A stretch of DNA of 64,000 bases, from positions 372,001-436,000 of the forward strand of contig JAKMXF010000277.1 of the NCBI GenBank assembly GCA_024704765.1. Direction: 5' to 3'. This DNA comes from Oopsacas minuta (lineage: Eukaryota; Animalia; Porifera). The notes below the pieces were generated by a model that searched no databases, was not told where the DNA came from, and worked only from the letters and a program-made list of their open reading frames with translations. This document shows positions 36,392 through 51,300 of this stretch, one piece after another. Each line of letters starts with the position of its first letter. Position 1 is the first letter of the stretch. Both the position numbers and the translations under genes were made by a program.

Positions 36392-39300
36392 CTAGGGAGA
36401 ACAGAAAACAATTTAAGTTTTGGTACATATTAACTGATTAAATGATTACTTTAACAGTACTCACGAGAAAGAGAGAGTTGGATTTGAATAGCCAGCCTCT
36501 GTTCATTGTACCAATCTGTCACATAGAACTTGTATACTCCTACATCTGAATCATCAAAGGATAAGAAAGTAATTGAATTGTCAGATATATGAGTGTCATC
36601 AGGTCTCTGCCATTTCCCAACAAGATTAACTGTCATAACTACATTCTGTGTCTGAACGATGATAAAAGCTGTGTTTCCGTCAATAGTGAGTGATTCGAAT
36701 GTTTGTACTGTCCCCGTGTCCACGCTTATGACAGGTGGTCCTGTGAAGTGATATGAAATGTAATATCATGGCATGGATTGAAAATAAAAGTGGATAGGTT
36801 ATGCCTAATTACACAGAACAAACCTTGCATAGAGATTTCAGCACTCAGAATGTTCTCACTCGAAGTTTGATCTAGACATACCATTAGATAGGTGTCTGTG
36901 TATTTGAGCAGATTTCCTACTTCAAATACATCTAAGGGATTCTTAAAAATAGTAAAGGAGTCATTCTTCATCCAAACGAGTTCAGAAGATGAGATGGAGT
37001 TGTCAGGTGTGTGACAGAATAGAAATATATCATTATCTACTCCGAGGGTGTATTGGTATGATTCAGATGTCTCGATTACTAAAATGAAAATATTGAAATT
37101 TAGCAGAAACGGGATATCTTCATAAACTTTGTAAGAAAATTATCCGGTTTCTACTGTAGAAATACACAAAGCAATGAATTCAGAAATATGTAACCTTGTA
37201 TGAGAGTTGTATCCAGAACAGCTACAGTGTATGTATTGCTGATACTGTCTGGTTGTTGTGTCACTTCACAGCTGTAGTAACCTGGATAGTTTATGTCCAC
37301 TGACAAAACACTAGCTCCGTCAGCATCAATTGCATCAGTTCTACCAGCACAAATACCAGCTAGATCTCTGTAACTCCAGGCAACTACTCCATTCAAACAG
37401 TAGAGATCTGTGTTTGCAGTCAAAATAGAATTAGTTGATAATGGTCCATATGTTGTTGAATCAATCTTCTCTCCAAATTGATTCACTAAATATGATAGTG
37501 AAGATTAGAATACTTGTTTAGTTAATGTATTTCAATTACAAGGTCAGAAATAATACCTGTGAGATCGATCTGAATAGCAAGCCTATCCACATTATCCAAA
37601 TCAGTAACATAGAACTTGTACAACCCCTGATCAGATAGTTGAAATGTGGAGAATGTCATTGAGCTTCCTGTGAACCACGAGTAATCTGGTAGACGCCATC
37701 TCCCGACTAGATTAACAGATAGAGCTACATTCTGTGAAAGTAAGTCAAGATAAGCTTTATTGGGGTCTTCAGGGAGTAGAGGGTAGGATACCACAGATCC
37801 TGCGTTCAATGTTATGACAGGTGGGCCTGTTGATAGGAATAGAATAATTTCAATACTGATACTAATGATATAAATCTAATACACAAACCTTGAATGAGGA
37901 TTTGTACATTGAATATTGGAGTATCATCCAAGGCATCTAAACATTCCATTGTATGGGTGTTTCCGTCGTCGGGAATGTCTGCAATGTTTAGAGGGTTCTG
38001 TTTCCTCTCACTGGTATCCAACTCTCTCCAACCGATCTCTCCAAAGGGAACAGAGTTGTCAGGTTTGTGACAGAATAGGAAAGCAATATCTCTGTCTATC
38101 GTGGCAGTGTAAGTTAATGACTGTGCAGCCTCAACGACTGAAGAATAGAAAATATGAGAATTGCAAATATGAAAGCTCTGCAATTTGAATTTGAATATAC
38201 AACTACAGTGTAACCTCGTTAATAGTTAGCTCAAAAAAGGTCAAAATTTGTTCGCATTATCCGGAGTTCGTATTAACCAAAGTAATACCAATTGACTAAC
38301 TATTGTAGAGACCTGATTTGTGTAACTAATTGTTTGTCTTGTCCGGAAATTCGCATTCCACTGTATGTCTAAATATAACACATTAATGTTGCATACCTTT
38401 GTACACTTCTGTATCCATGACTGCAATTGAATACGTCTTACTGACACCATTTTCAGTTACATAACAGCTGTAGTAGCCTACTTTGTCTGTAGTCACGAGT
38501 AACGAACTAAACCCAGTGAAGAAATCAGTTTCAGCTGATTGGGATGTGTTCACACCTTCTAGATCTTCATACTTCCAGATTACCTCAGGAATATCTATCA
38601 CATCTGTTATGCAATATAGAGTAGTATTGGTAGTCAGCACTGAGAGATCTTCCAAATTGTTGTATTCTCTTAGAGCAATCTCTTCGCCAAATGGATACAC
38701 TAGAATATCATAGCTAACAATCAAATGATTGAATGACATTAGTCTCCTATATAGTATTCGATAGTTAACCATGGATAGTAGATTTGATTTCGTATCTGAT
38801 AAGAAATCTCCCCCTCCGACCCAGCTACGAGTGTCTCAAAATGACCTTAAACAATATCCAAGCAAATAAAGTATATATGTGGACCATTTTCTTCAAAATA
38901 ATCCTGTTATACCTGTAAGCTGGATCTGAATAGCTAGTGTTTCTATGCTCTCCCAATTAATAACATAGAATTTGTATATTCCCTGATCTGATATCTCAAA
39001 AGCTGAGAATGTTATGGAGTTATCTTCAACAAATGTTCCATTTGGTTTCTGCCATCTACCAGCTAGAACAGTTGCTAGAATTACATTCTTTGTAAGAAGA
39101 TTAATACTAGCTGTGTTGTCACCAGGAGTAAGAGAAGAATAACTCTCAACTGTTCCTGTGTCCAGGGTGATTTCGGGAGGACCTTGTTTGAAAAGAAAAA
39201 ATGAGCATAAGCATAGTGTATCTATTTAATCCCTAACGACAGAATAACCCAGATATATACTTCTACTCAGTATTCTAATGTTATTCTAATCAACAAACCT

Positions 39301-42300
39301 TGAAACAATATGTCAACAACGAGAATAGTATAAAGCGCGTCATTATTAAAGCATTCCAAAGTTTGCTTTCCATCAACAGTTGCACTTAATCCACCAACGT
39401 CAAAAAGATCTCTAGTACCTACCTGGGTATTAAAGCTGTACCAATAATAGGAAGAGCGTAGAACACTGTTATCAGGTTTGTTACAAAGCAGAGATGTATC
39501 AGTTCTGTCAATACCCTTTGTATAAGTGAAAGAATTCGTATCTTCAATTACTAAAGTATAATTCTCGTTAAAACGAAGTGCTCAGGACCACAGTTTCATT
39601 TCGTTATAAGCGAGTAATTTCAATAACTTTCAAGATATAGGGGGGAAAGAATCACTTCGTTATAACGGGAGTTTACTATATTTATTAAAAATGGAATTCG
39701 CGATTCAAGTCACAATAAGCTCACCAGTAACAAGTGATGGATTCTGCAAACTAAATAAATAGCTTCTGGTTATCGCCATAAACGTAACCTGACATTCATA
39801 GTATCCTGGTTCATTTGTTTGTACTGATAGTATACTAATTCCTGGGTTAGGATCAGTTGTAGGAGATTTGGCCATTCTAGGTTGATTACTAGGATAGTAG
39901 AACCAATTTACCGGGGCTGAAGCTTGTTCCTCTGTTATGCAGTAAATCATTCTATTAGCAAGTAAGAGAGAGTTGTCTTCTAAGGCGATGTATGTATTTG
40001 AATCAATCTTCTCTCCAAATGGATAAACTAAATATTTATAGAAAATATCAACTTTTCCAAAATAATACAAACAAGGTGAGGATCGGTGAAATCTGACATT
40101 TGTATATTATCTATTTTGAAGAGGTACAATTTGCAATCAAACCACGCGAATTGGCTTGTGACTCTATTTGCTAATGAAAATATACGTAGTATTGCAATCA
40201 CATACCTGTTAGTATTATCTGCATAGCTAGCGTTTCTTCATTATCCCAGTTCATTATATAGAACTTGTATAAACCTTGATGAGTTGTATCAAAAGTTTGG
40301 AATATTATTGAATTGTCTCCCACAAATGTGTCATCTGGTCTCTGCCATCTACCAGGAGTATCCACATGCATACCTACGTTTTCTACCATTAGGTTAACAA
40401 ATGCTCTGTTGATATCAGGAGATAGTAGCTCGTAGTAGGACGTAGTTCATTCGTCCAGTATTATGACAGGTGGTCCTGTAGACAACAGTATATTTTAGTT
40501 AATTCAGTAAATATAATGTCATTAGCATTCCATGAATCTTTACAATATACTCTAATCATATATTATCGGCGAATATACCTAGTGTTCGCTTATTTACGAA
40601 TGTAATTTTGCGTGAACTTCCTTTGCAAATACCGCAACTTGCGATAATAGCAAGTACAATAGACTGGGCTTACAACCGCTCCTTTTTGCTCCACTGACGA
40701 CAGCAGGGGGGCCACATGATTTCTAAATTTGTATTGCAGTCTATGGGATGGTCCAGGTATCAGTGTATAAAGCAATTAAATGGAACAAACCTCTAATAAG
40801 GAGATCAAAATAGTGTAACGATTGTCCATCAGTGATAGAAGTACACTCAAATTGACGATTCATTCCAATATTGGGTAAATTGTTTATTTCTAATGGATTA
40901 GTTACTTCTTCACTTGTGGTAGGATCTGTCATACCAGTCTCGGAAAAAGCTACCATACTATTGTAACAGAATAGGAAAATATTGTCTGCATCTACTCCAA
41001 TAGTGTATGTATATGTTTCTCCATCCACTTCAGCTAGATAATTGTAATTCATAATTTATGTATTTAAGTTCAGAAATGTCGGACAGTTGGAAAGTATGAA
41101 AAACATAAAGATAAACAAACTACACAGCATAAATTGTGCAAACAATAATATTTACTTGTATATATTGATGTGTTAAGAATTGCTACAGTATAAGTATATC
41201 CGCCATCTTCATTCACTTCACAGCTGTAGTATCCAGGTTCATCTATGCCTACTGTTAACAAACTAATCCCAGTCTCTAGCTCAGTATCAGCTTCTAGATT
41301 ACTAATTGTGCCATCTAGACTCACGTATCTCCACGTTACAAATGGATTGCTAGATCCATCTAAGCAATATAGAGTTGTACTAGTTGTAATGATAGAATTG
41401 TGTTCGATGCCTTCATAAATATTTGCAGATAATTGCTGTCCAAATCGATACACTAAAAATTCGTCGATCATTTATAGCATATTTAGATTGCATTAGTTTA
41501 CATATATTGATCATAAATAACACAAACCTTTTAATGTCAGGGAAGCAACAAGGCGTCCAGTGTTCTCCACATCAGTGACCAGAAAAGAATATACATATCC
41601 ATCAGAAAGTTCAAATGTTGGGAAAATAATAGAGCTACCATCTCCAACAGGTTCATCATCTTGGTTTGTCCATCTACCAACTAAATTAGAACTTAGGACT
41701 ACATCTGTGGCTCTATAGTTAATGCTATATTCATTTCCTATTATAACATCAGTTTGAGTATCTCCAACATCAAGGGTTACTTCAACTGGACCTGAAATTT
41801 GGTATTTACTCAAAACAAGTATAAAAAGATAGATAAAATAATTATCCAGCGATCATCGTTAGAAATTTGATAGGAATTTGAATATAAACAAATTCGATGA
41901 CCAAACAAGTAACAAATCTATATTATTATATCTCAATTGTTGTTTGTTTGTCCGTTGTCAAGGAAAGGATTTACGGTATGTAATTTTGAAATTGTCGCAT
42001 AACTATGTATTTATCGTGTTTATCAAGGAAGTAAATAGAATTCAATAAAACTTCACTAAATATATCAAACATGCTGAATCCGATTTTCACACTTTTCGAT
42101 TAATCATACGTAAATTTATTGTTGTTGCTTTATGAATAGCAAACAAAATAACAAATTAGCAAAATCTCAAAATATAAGTACAGGCTTGCTACAAAGGGAG
42201 TTGATCTTACAAAATAATTCAATAAGATATTTGCCATATACGTATATTTGTGAATTACATTGTTCTCAATATATTAATATTATAATACTCAAAGGGGCCG

Positions 42301-45300
42301 TCAATTTGGTGAATAATGGATATCTCGAGGCGTAATGAGCAGAGTTCATCGCAAAGCGATGAACCAAAGGCTCGTAAATATAAAATTTGTAGGCATGCTG
42401 AGCACTTTTGCAAGTACTTTCATGTAATTATATTTAACAAACCTTGAAGTATGAGATCTATATTCAATATTGTTACATTGGCACGTGAATCCAAACATTC
42501 CATTATTCTTCTTTCCCCATCTATCTGTAGATTTGATATTTGTAGAGGATTAGGATAGATATTATTTGTACCTAATTCTCTCCAAAAGATGTTCTCAAAA
42601 GGCACTGAATTGTCAGCTTGATGACAGAATACATATCTAGGTTCAGTATCTATATCTTTTGTGAATGTATAAAATTGTGAAGCCGAAATAACTGCAAGAA
42701 ATACAAAAAAGTTTCAAGAAATATTACTTAAGTTGTTAAATTATATATTAGATATACAAATATAATTACAGTAGACTCTCCATTATCACAAATCTGCTTA
42801 ACGGGGGTCATTTCGTGACGGACGGGATCGCGGAACTAGGCCATATTCCCCGATAAACTGTAAAAAATGATGTTGGGGTGCTCTATTAACAGTTAAAAGC
42901 AATTTAACACTAGCTATTGGGGGCTTTTTCTGGCCAAGAGTGACCCGATTAACGGGTGGTTAATAAGTGGAATTCACCGTAATTACATCGAATTTATATA
43001 TTTAGAAAACCTGAAATTTCATTCGAGGTTTCATGAAACGCAGCTGCAGTGTATGTGTTGATAATATCACCGTTTTTGGTCACAGAACATTCAAAGAAAC
43101 CCTCATCGTAACTTGTCAAGGAAATTGTATTGATTGTTGTTGTGATTACAAGTCGTCTCATTCTCAGCGACTCAATCATCCCTGCAAAGTTAATTCTTAC
43201 CCAGCTTGCAGTTGTATCAAGTTCACCCCAGCAGTATAGATCGTCATTTAAGGATACTATTGAATTGTCATCCAGAGGTATATAATTGGGACCACTTTGT
43301 ATTCCGAATGGATACACTAATGAATATAGAGGTCAGGTATCATACTGGGGGAAAGCATAGATACAAGAGCTTTCACATCCAAAAGGAAAAGTGAAATCCT
43401 GTATCAAATCTTGCATATACAGTAACTCTGTCTAATCAGATTATCCGAACCTAATTAATCCCAATACGAACAGGGTTATACAACCTTTGGAAAATGTTCT
43501 AAAATGTTCAAAAAGTGCTAATTATATCCAATTCTACTGTGGCACATACATAATATTATATTACACATGTTGGAAGCCTTTTCATCGATGGTACAACTTA
43601 TGAAAATTTTACACCTATATCCTAAGTATTATTTCAATCATAGCATGCTATGCTTCAATGTATTCGCTAATCTGAACGAATTATTTAGCTATTGGAACAG
43701 TGCTGTTCGGATTAGCTGTATTATACAATAGATTTGAGTTAAAAAGAGTATTTCTTCATAAAAGGAACAAACCTAATATTTCGATCAGATATGCTAATTT
43801 TTGCTTTTTATTCCAATTAACCACATAATATGAGAACAATCCAGCATTATTTTCATCAATTAGATTTAATGCTAGTGGATTCGAATTTCCTGAACGGCCA
43901 GCAGGAGTGATCCAATCCAGCAATGGATTTTGTAGATTGATGGCAAGAAGTAAGTCATCCTGGTATCTAACATATACTGTATTGACTTTTGGAGGAAGGA
44001 GAGGGTAGCTTTCTCCATAAATTGTAACTACAGGTCTACCTGTGAATACACAAAAATATAATTCATATGGATATCATGTGTTAAATGTTGTATTATGGAG
44101 AACAGGGAACAACTGTGCCGACCATACATTAGTATAGTGGTTTTGTATTAGCTTGAAGGATGGTCATTTTAGTAAAGCTCTCATATGGAGATGCCACATG
44201 GAAGATATGCGACGTCCATACGTCCGGCCATCAGTGCGGTTGTGCTAAATCTAGCAGCAGATTATCAAGAAAATTGGTACACATATACATTTGGGTTGGA
44301 GATTTGCACCTCGGGTATGAATGTTTGATAAAATGAAATTTCACACCTTTCAGGTGATTAATCAATCGTATTTTCACAACTTTCTAAGTAAAATAATACA
44401 AAAAACAATACACTCATTGGAGAAGGTAAGTTTTCAATCACTTTTTCATGAATCCGAAATAACCTTCCTACAAATTAACAAAAAACTATACTATACTACA
44501 GCTATATAAAGAAATCTCTATGAGAAATACTGTGGAGTTATTCAAGTAACATTACCTTGTATAGTCAGATCTACAGCAAATAGTGCTATATCAGTGCTAG
44601 TATCAACACACTCTATCTGGTAGCTGTTTATAGGAAGGCTAGTAACATCCAGAGGATTTGGCAGGTAAACAGATGCACTTTGTCTCCAGCCAATATTTTC
44701 AAAAGCTATTGAGTGGTTAAAACTGTGGCAGAATAATGAGATATCTTCTCTGTCTATCCCGTGTGTGTACGTATAAGTATCTTCAACTGAAATTACTATA
44801 GAAAACATAAGAGATATTTTAGTGCTAGATTTTCAGAATGTGGAGATTAGTAGAGTGCCAGAAATCTCAAGTGGCGGTGACCAATTGAGAAGCACAGCCA
44901 TGCCTCAGACTGGATAGGAGAGGCTCAGGCCATTTGGCTATCTTCCTGAAAATGAGTACATATTATCAAACTATTGTGATGATTATTCGATGAAATTTCA
45001 ATTTTTGGAGGCCCCCTTAGAGCGTGAGGCCCTACTGGACCCCTCTCAGAGGACCTGAGTACAGGTATAAATACAACTACATACTTGTAGTGACAGATGG
45101 CTCCAGAAGTGCTGCAGTATACTTCTTCCGTTCTCCTCTGAACTGAGTAATTTCACAGCTGTAGTATCCTGGATTATTTATATCGATATACAATGAACTA
45201 GCCCCAGTGGTAGCATTTGTTGGAACATCATAAGTACTCATTGTCCCATCTAGACCGACATAGCTCCAGATAACCTGTGGAGTACCTAACTGCTCTGTAA

Positions 45301-48300
45301 TACAGTGTAGAGTAGTTGAAGCTGTCAGAATTGCATTGTCATACAAAGCTGTGTATCTGTTAGCTTCGATAAGTTTACCAAATTGACTCACTAAAGAAAA
45401 TGTTATAATTATAAAATATATAAATCAGATAAGACGTATTATCCGAGCTCCGCTGAATTTATACAACATTACCTTTATTTGTGCAGAAGTAACAATTGTT
45501 TTGAATACTACAATCGATAGTATTCCAACCAGTGTCAAGTAAAGCAGAACAATCAGCTGCACTCCTACGAGATCTAACGCGTTCGTTGGTTTCAACACTT
45601 CGACGATGATCCCCTGTAGCGAAGTTAATATATGTAACGCGACTATCATCAATCCAAGTAAATTGGTTTGCATGATCCAAACCTATCCAACAACGATCCA
45701 CATCATTAGTAAATAGACTTAACAACAAGCTATTCTCTTTACTAGAAGATATTGAAGCTAGATCTCCCCTATTTGCTTCACAACTTGATTGAGCATCATA
45801 CCAATCTATCCCATCACCATTGTATGCATATGTGAAACAATTTCCGTCATCAGATATTACGTCACATCCAAGTATTGGATCTAGAAAATTCTTAATTTAA
45901 TAATCTAAGCAATTTGCAAAGTATTCGTTTTCCTATAGGGAAGGTTCATAATTCCGTCCGCACGATTATCACATACAGTAAAGTCTCGTTTACCCACTTG
46001 GATATTGTTTTGAGTCATTTTGAGGCACTCCTCACTTTGATGAAGTGGGTAGTTACTATGAATTAGTGACTGCCTGCTTGGATGATATTCCAGGTAATTT
46101 GAGACACTCCTCCCCTGGTTGGAAGGGGCTCTATATAACCATAAAACGCATATTCGACAGTCGCAGTGTCTTCCCCAGGGCGTTTTGGCGTATCGGCCCG
46201 ATACGCCTTACTTTTGGAGGGTGTGAGTCCTTCAGAGAAATGGATATTGCCTGTGATATCCCATACAAATACTTCTGTGAAGGTGATAAGGACGTATGTA
46301 CAATATTTTCTCAAATTATGTAAAGTAATATGGTACTACTTATTACAATTTAGAAGGTCAAATTGCCAGCTTTATACTTCATTAGTTTAATATTGTATGA
46401 TAAAGGACTATAAAATTCTTTTTATGATATGGCTATAAATAAGCGAACCTACATCACTACAGGTAAATATAAATCAAAATATGACCACAGTACAAGGTGC
46501 TGCTACGCCTCAAGAAATCCTGGGGAGAACCCTGAGTCGAATAACGGTTTGGATTATATACCAGTTCCGTCAGTAATTATAGTATCAATTCGCATATTGC
46601 CCATATAGTATATACGATACGTAAGAGTAAATAAATAAGAATCCAAGAGGCACATTTCGGATACGAAGTGGTCGTAGGCCGCGGTGGGCAAATAGGCGAA
46701 GCTTGCTTGTTATTTATAATTTGTTTACCTGTATAGAGGATTGGAGCAAGAATCACAGTGAAAGTGGAATTTGGACCAGAATCAAGAATCACTTCACAGC
46801 TGTATGATCCTGGATTAGTTATGCTCACAGTCAATACACTCACTCCCTTGCTGGAACCTGTATCAGCAGGTATTGCTGTAGCTATACCATCAGCATCAAT
46901 ATATATCCATTCAAACTCTATTATGTCCTTAGTGCTTGCTACACAGTAAATGGTTTGAGTCTTTGTCAGTATGTGGTTGTTTCTTAACGCTTCAAGATGA
47001 ATTGTAGTGACATCATGTCCAAATGGATCCGCTAAACAATAACAGTAAGTTTAAGGGGAGTAGTGTGGGATTCGGTTTACTGGTTAACCAGATAACCGCC
47101 ATTATATGGAGTTACTGCTATCAGAAAAATATTCAGTTAACCGAACTATGTTGTTTCGTTTCGACAAATTTTATCATAGTTTCGAGGGTCTTAACAGGTA
47201 CAAATGATCAATTCACGTATTATGGTTGTAAGAATTTTGTACGATGTTAAAAATTAGGTTCATTTCCTCAAATTTCAATCAATTCGTCAGATAAAATCAC
47301 ATTGCGATTGCATAACAATAGCTATGGATGGTTTGGATATTCTCGATTTTAGTCAAAAGTCATCTTGTATAGGCCAGAAGTTCCCAAATTCTGGTCTGTC
47401 AAAATACATTATGCGCCCCCCGCCAATAATAATTAATAATTAGAATTATTGTTAGTTTATGTATTACGAATCTACAATATATCCGAATATCGACAATACT
47501 CATTTTATGGTTGTTTAGCATTCAAAACAAAACCTGATGGACTTAATTGTGTGTACAGTTGTATTGAAATATTGAATTTAGAATACCAAGGTGTGAGCAG
47601 ACCAATATCAATAAATATTCGAAATGTTCTGTAATTTTATTCGTTGGTTTCGAAATGAGATGATAATGCACACAGCTTCACGAATTGTTTTTTCAGGACT
47701 TTCTGAATTCGAATTATCATTATAGTATAAATTACCTAAATAGATTCCTGTCTCCAATAATGCTATTGTATATGTCCTAGGGATCCCATTATCTTGATGA
47801 ACGTTACAGCTGAAGTAACCCGGTCCCTCTAACTCAATATTCATCTTGCTAATACCGACACTATCAGTAGTGGGTGTAGATATATATTCCCTACTACCAT
47901 ATAGGTCATTCTGATCCAAATAATACCATTCCACTTGTTTCCCTTGCTCTGTGATACAAAATAGCTCTGAGTCTGAGGTTAGGATAGAATTGTCTTCCAA
48001 ACTTTCGTAAACGTTTCTTGTACGTCCAAATGGAGTTACTAAAATTAGCAAACTCGTATTACATATCATTCATGGGTGAAGAAAATGGTGAAACAGATCG
48101 AAATTTGGAGGAAAAAATCTGCACAGTTGGCAAAATTAGTTTTGTAAATATTGTACTGTTTGTAACTTAGTAAATTATGTCGGCACAGTCTGTAATTTGA
48201 TATGATTTGCATTGAAATTTCTTGTTAAGTATGTTTAAATATGAAATATTACAAATTTGCTATTTCCTAAACATAAAATTCTTTCTACCTTTTTCAAATA

Positions 48301-51300
48301 AATTACAAGTACTCTTGGAACATTCGAAAAAATCCAATAACAAATACATTCTTCTAACTGTATTTACGTATATATTTGTTATAAATATATTTAGAAGAAT
48401 TTCTTTCAAACTTTACCAGGAGAACTGCAGAAGAAGCATTGTTTATATTCACAACAATCTTCATTATACCAATAAGAGTCTGGAGTTATGTGTGCACAGT
48501 CATCGTCTTCAGATGTACTATCAGGTTGACCATAACCCCAATTTGTGTACGTTACTGCATTTCCATTCTCCCAAACATATGAATTTTCATTGTCTCTATC
48601 ATTAAATCCAATCCAGCAATCTCGGTAGGTTTGATCATCTGCAAGGCTGTACATAACAGTATTTTCATGGCTGGAAGATATGGAAGCTAGATCTTGGTCA
48701 TCGGCCGAACATATACGTTCTGCATTAAGCCAATTGATCTCTATATCAACTTCAATATGATTAAAACACTTTCCACTACTTGTTATTGCATCACATCCTT
48801 TTATATCTGGAATTTTAATATTTGGAGCTACAAAGGGAAATCAGATAAAATCTATTTAAAATCCATAATGTTCTGCGTATAACATGATAATTATTTGATG
48901 CCTAGTGCCGCATGCATTATGCCTTAGGCCAGGCCTTTGGGTTAAGGGTCGCATACACCATTTTCAGGCTTTCAGCGGACTGCAAAATTTCAACATTGTA
49001 TCCTATCCAGAGATGCGCCGGATATGAAAATTTCCCATCCGGCCGATAAGATATCCGGCTTCTAATTTTCCGGTTATCTGGCAGGATACCGGATACTTTT
49101 GTTAAATATTTGGGTACTCCACCTAGTTCAGTATATAGTGAAATATTATTTAGTAGTGCTGGAATTGTATTTGAAGAAAGGCGCAACAGATTGTTACATG
49201 AAAATGGAGAGCATTTATATGGGACAGATTTAGATGTGCTATTTTGAGTACAACTTTGAGTAATACATTTGAATAATTCATAATTCATGACCATATTTCA
49301 ATGAATTAGTCAACTTTGATGATCACTGATTATTATTATATAAATCCCTTATATAATGGTTACCTTTATGAATGCAAAAGAAACAAACATATTCGTAAGT
49401 ACAATCAGTATCGTACCAAGTTGCACCAGGATAATCAATTATTGTACAATCATGATTGGTATTGCCTGGTTGACCAGTGGCCCAATTTTCATATACAAGA
49501 GGGCTACCATCAATCCAGGTATATGTATTTGTATGATCATCGATGCTGTTAAGTCCAATCCAACATTCATCCTGATCGGTATTCAAGTAAGGGTTAATTT
49601 TACTATTTTCACTGGATGAAGATATAGTAGCTAGATCTCCCCCATTATTTTCACAAATTGTTTGCGCACCAGCCCAATTTATTCCATCAGATTCATAGTA
49701 GAATTTCACACAACTGCCATCATCAGTTAATACATCACAATCACTGTCGGAATCTAAAAATACACAGTAATTAATACGAACTAATTATAATAATAATAGA
49801 TACGGTCACAGGGGTAACTAGAGTCATTTTTGGGTGGACACTGGCCAGCCCAGATTCATCTCCACCATTGTATAAAAAGTATAGAGCGAGTGGGCAAGAA
49901 GTCATCTTCGCTCACCCTGACACGGGAGCCTATTTGCGGCAATGTATAACGTTCATAGGTCTTAAAGTTACTTAACGATTTTCGCATCGAGATACCTTTA
50001 CAGGTGTGCACACCAATTTTTGACCGATTACATCATGTTTTGTAATATTTACACACAATCTGAAACAGATTTTTCACAGTTTTAGACATCTTAATAAAAT
50101 TAATATATTTTGTTTGTCCAAATTCATGTCTCAATCTCAAATTATTCTGGCAAATTCTGAATTGACACCCAAGTGTAGGGCCTATAGGGAGATGCCCTAA
50201 TGGCATTGGAAGATGTGCGATGTCTGTATATCCGTCAGTCTGCGCTGCCATGTAGCAGTCCGATTCACATAAATTTGGTACACATATACATTTTAGGTCG
50301 GAGATTTGCATTTCTGGTATGAATATTTTATACCTTTCTATGTAAATTCAGAGCAAGCTTGAGGTTTGATAACGGTAACGGAAAAGTAACGGAGTAACGG
50401 TACGGACTAACTGACGATACTTTTGAAAGCATATAGCTGATAAGTGATAACTCATAAGTCTTAAAGGTGACGAAGTAACTCGGGAACGGTGACGGAAAAA
50501 GTAACGACCGTTACTATCTATGATTTATCGTATGAATAATCATATTTAAAACCTTTTTGTATATAATTCAAATGATGCTAGAATTTTCGTTTTAGCTAGT
50601 ATGTCAGGGGTCCTGAAATATTGATTAGATCCGGGAGCCCAAATTCAGCCTGGGCCTAGTGCATTGCTGTATTTCAGGGGACGTGACCCTTGAAAAGAAC
50701 ACAAAAACATGTAACCCTGAGCTGCACTACCAGTCTGTCGGTTAGACATTTATATTATTAATTATTAGGTAAACTCGGGATATAAAGAAGTGCTTGGAAT
50801 TCCGATTTCATTCTTTATAAGCGGTATTATAACGAGAGATTGTATACGAACTTAGTAATACTGGAGTTTACAATATTTCTATTAAGACATAGCACTCTTG
50901 GAAATGAGAAAATTGTTCCATTATCTTACTTCAGTTTCGGGTTGAATAATTTGCAATTAATGTATACGGGGAAATCAGAACCGGGATGAATTAAATAAAT
51001 CTCGGGATTGTGAGCCCTAATCTAGATTTCTGGAGACCGGTCGGACGGACATTGTCCATCGTCAATGCGCAACTAACTTTGGAGGATGATAAGTGGTTTC
51101 ATGCTACATTATTATACGTATTGATAATTTGCATATTGATAGTCTCAATTGTATCAAATGCAAACAATCGATGCGTATAATAATTGGTTATCTGGCGGAA
51201 CATAATCAACTTACCAGAATTCTGACAAATCATTCCGACATGGTCATCAGCACCACAAGGTATCCTAATGATCTCAGAACTTTTCCTGTGTCCACATTCA

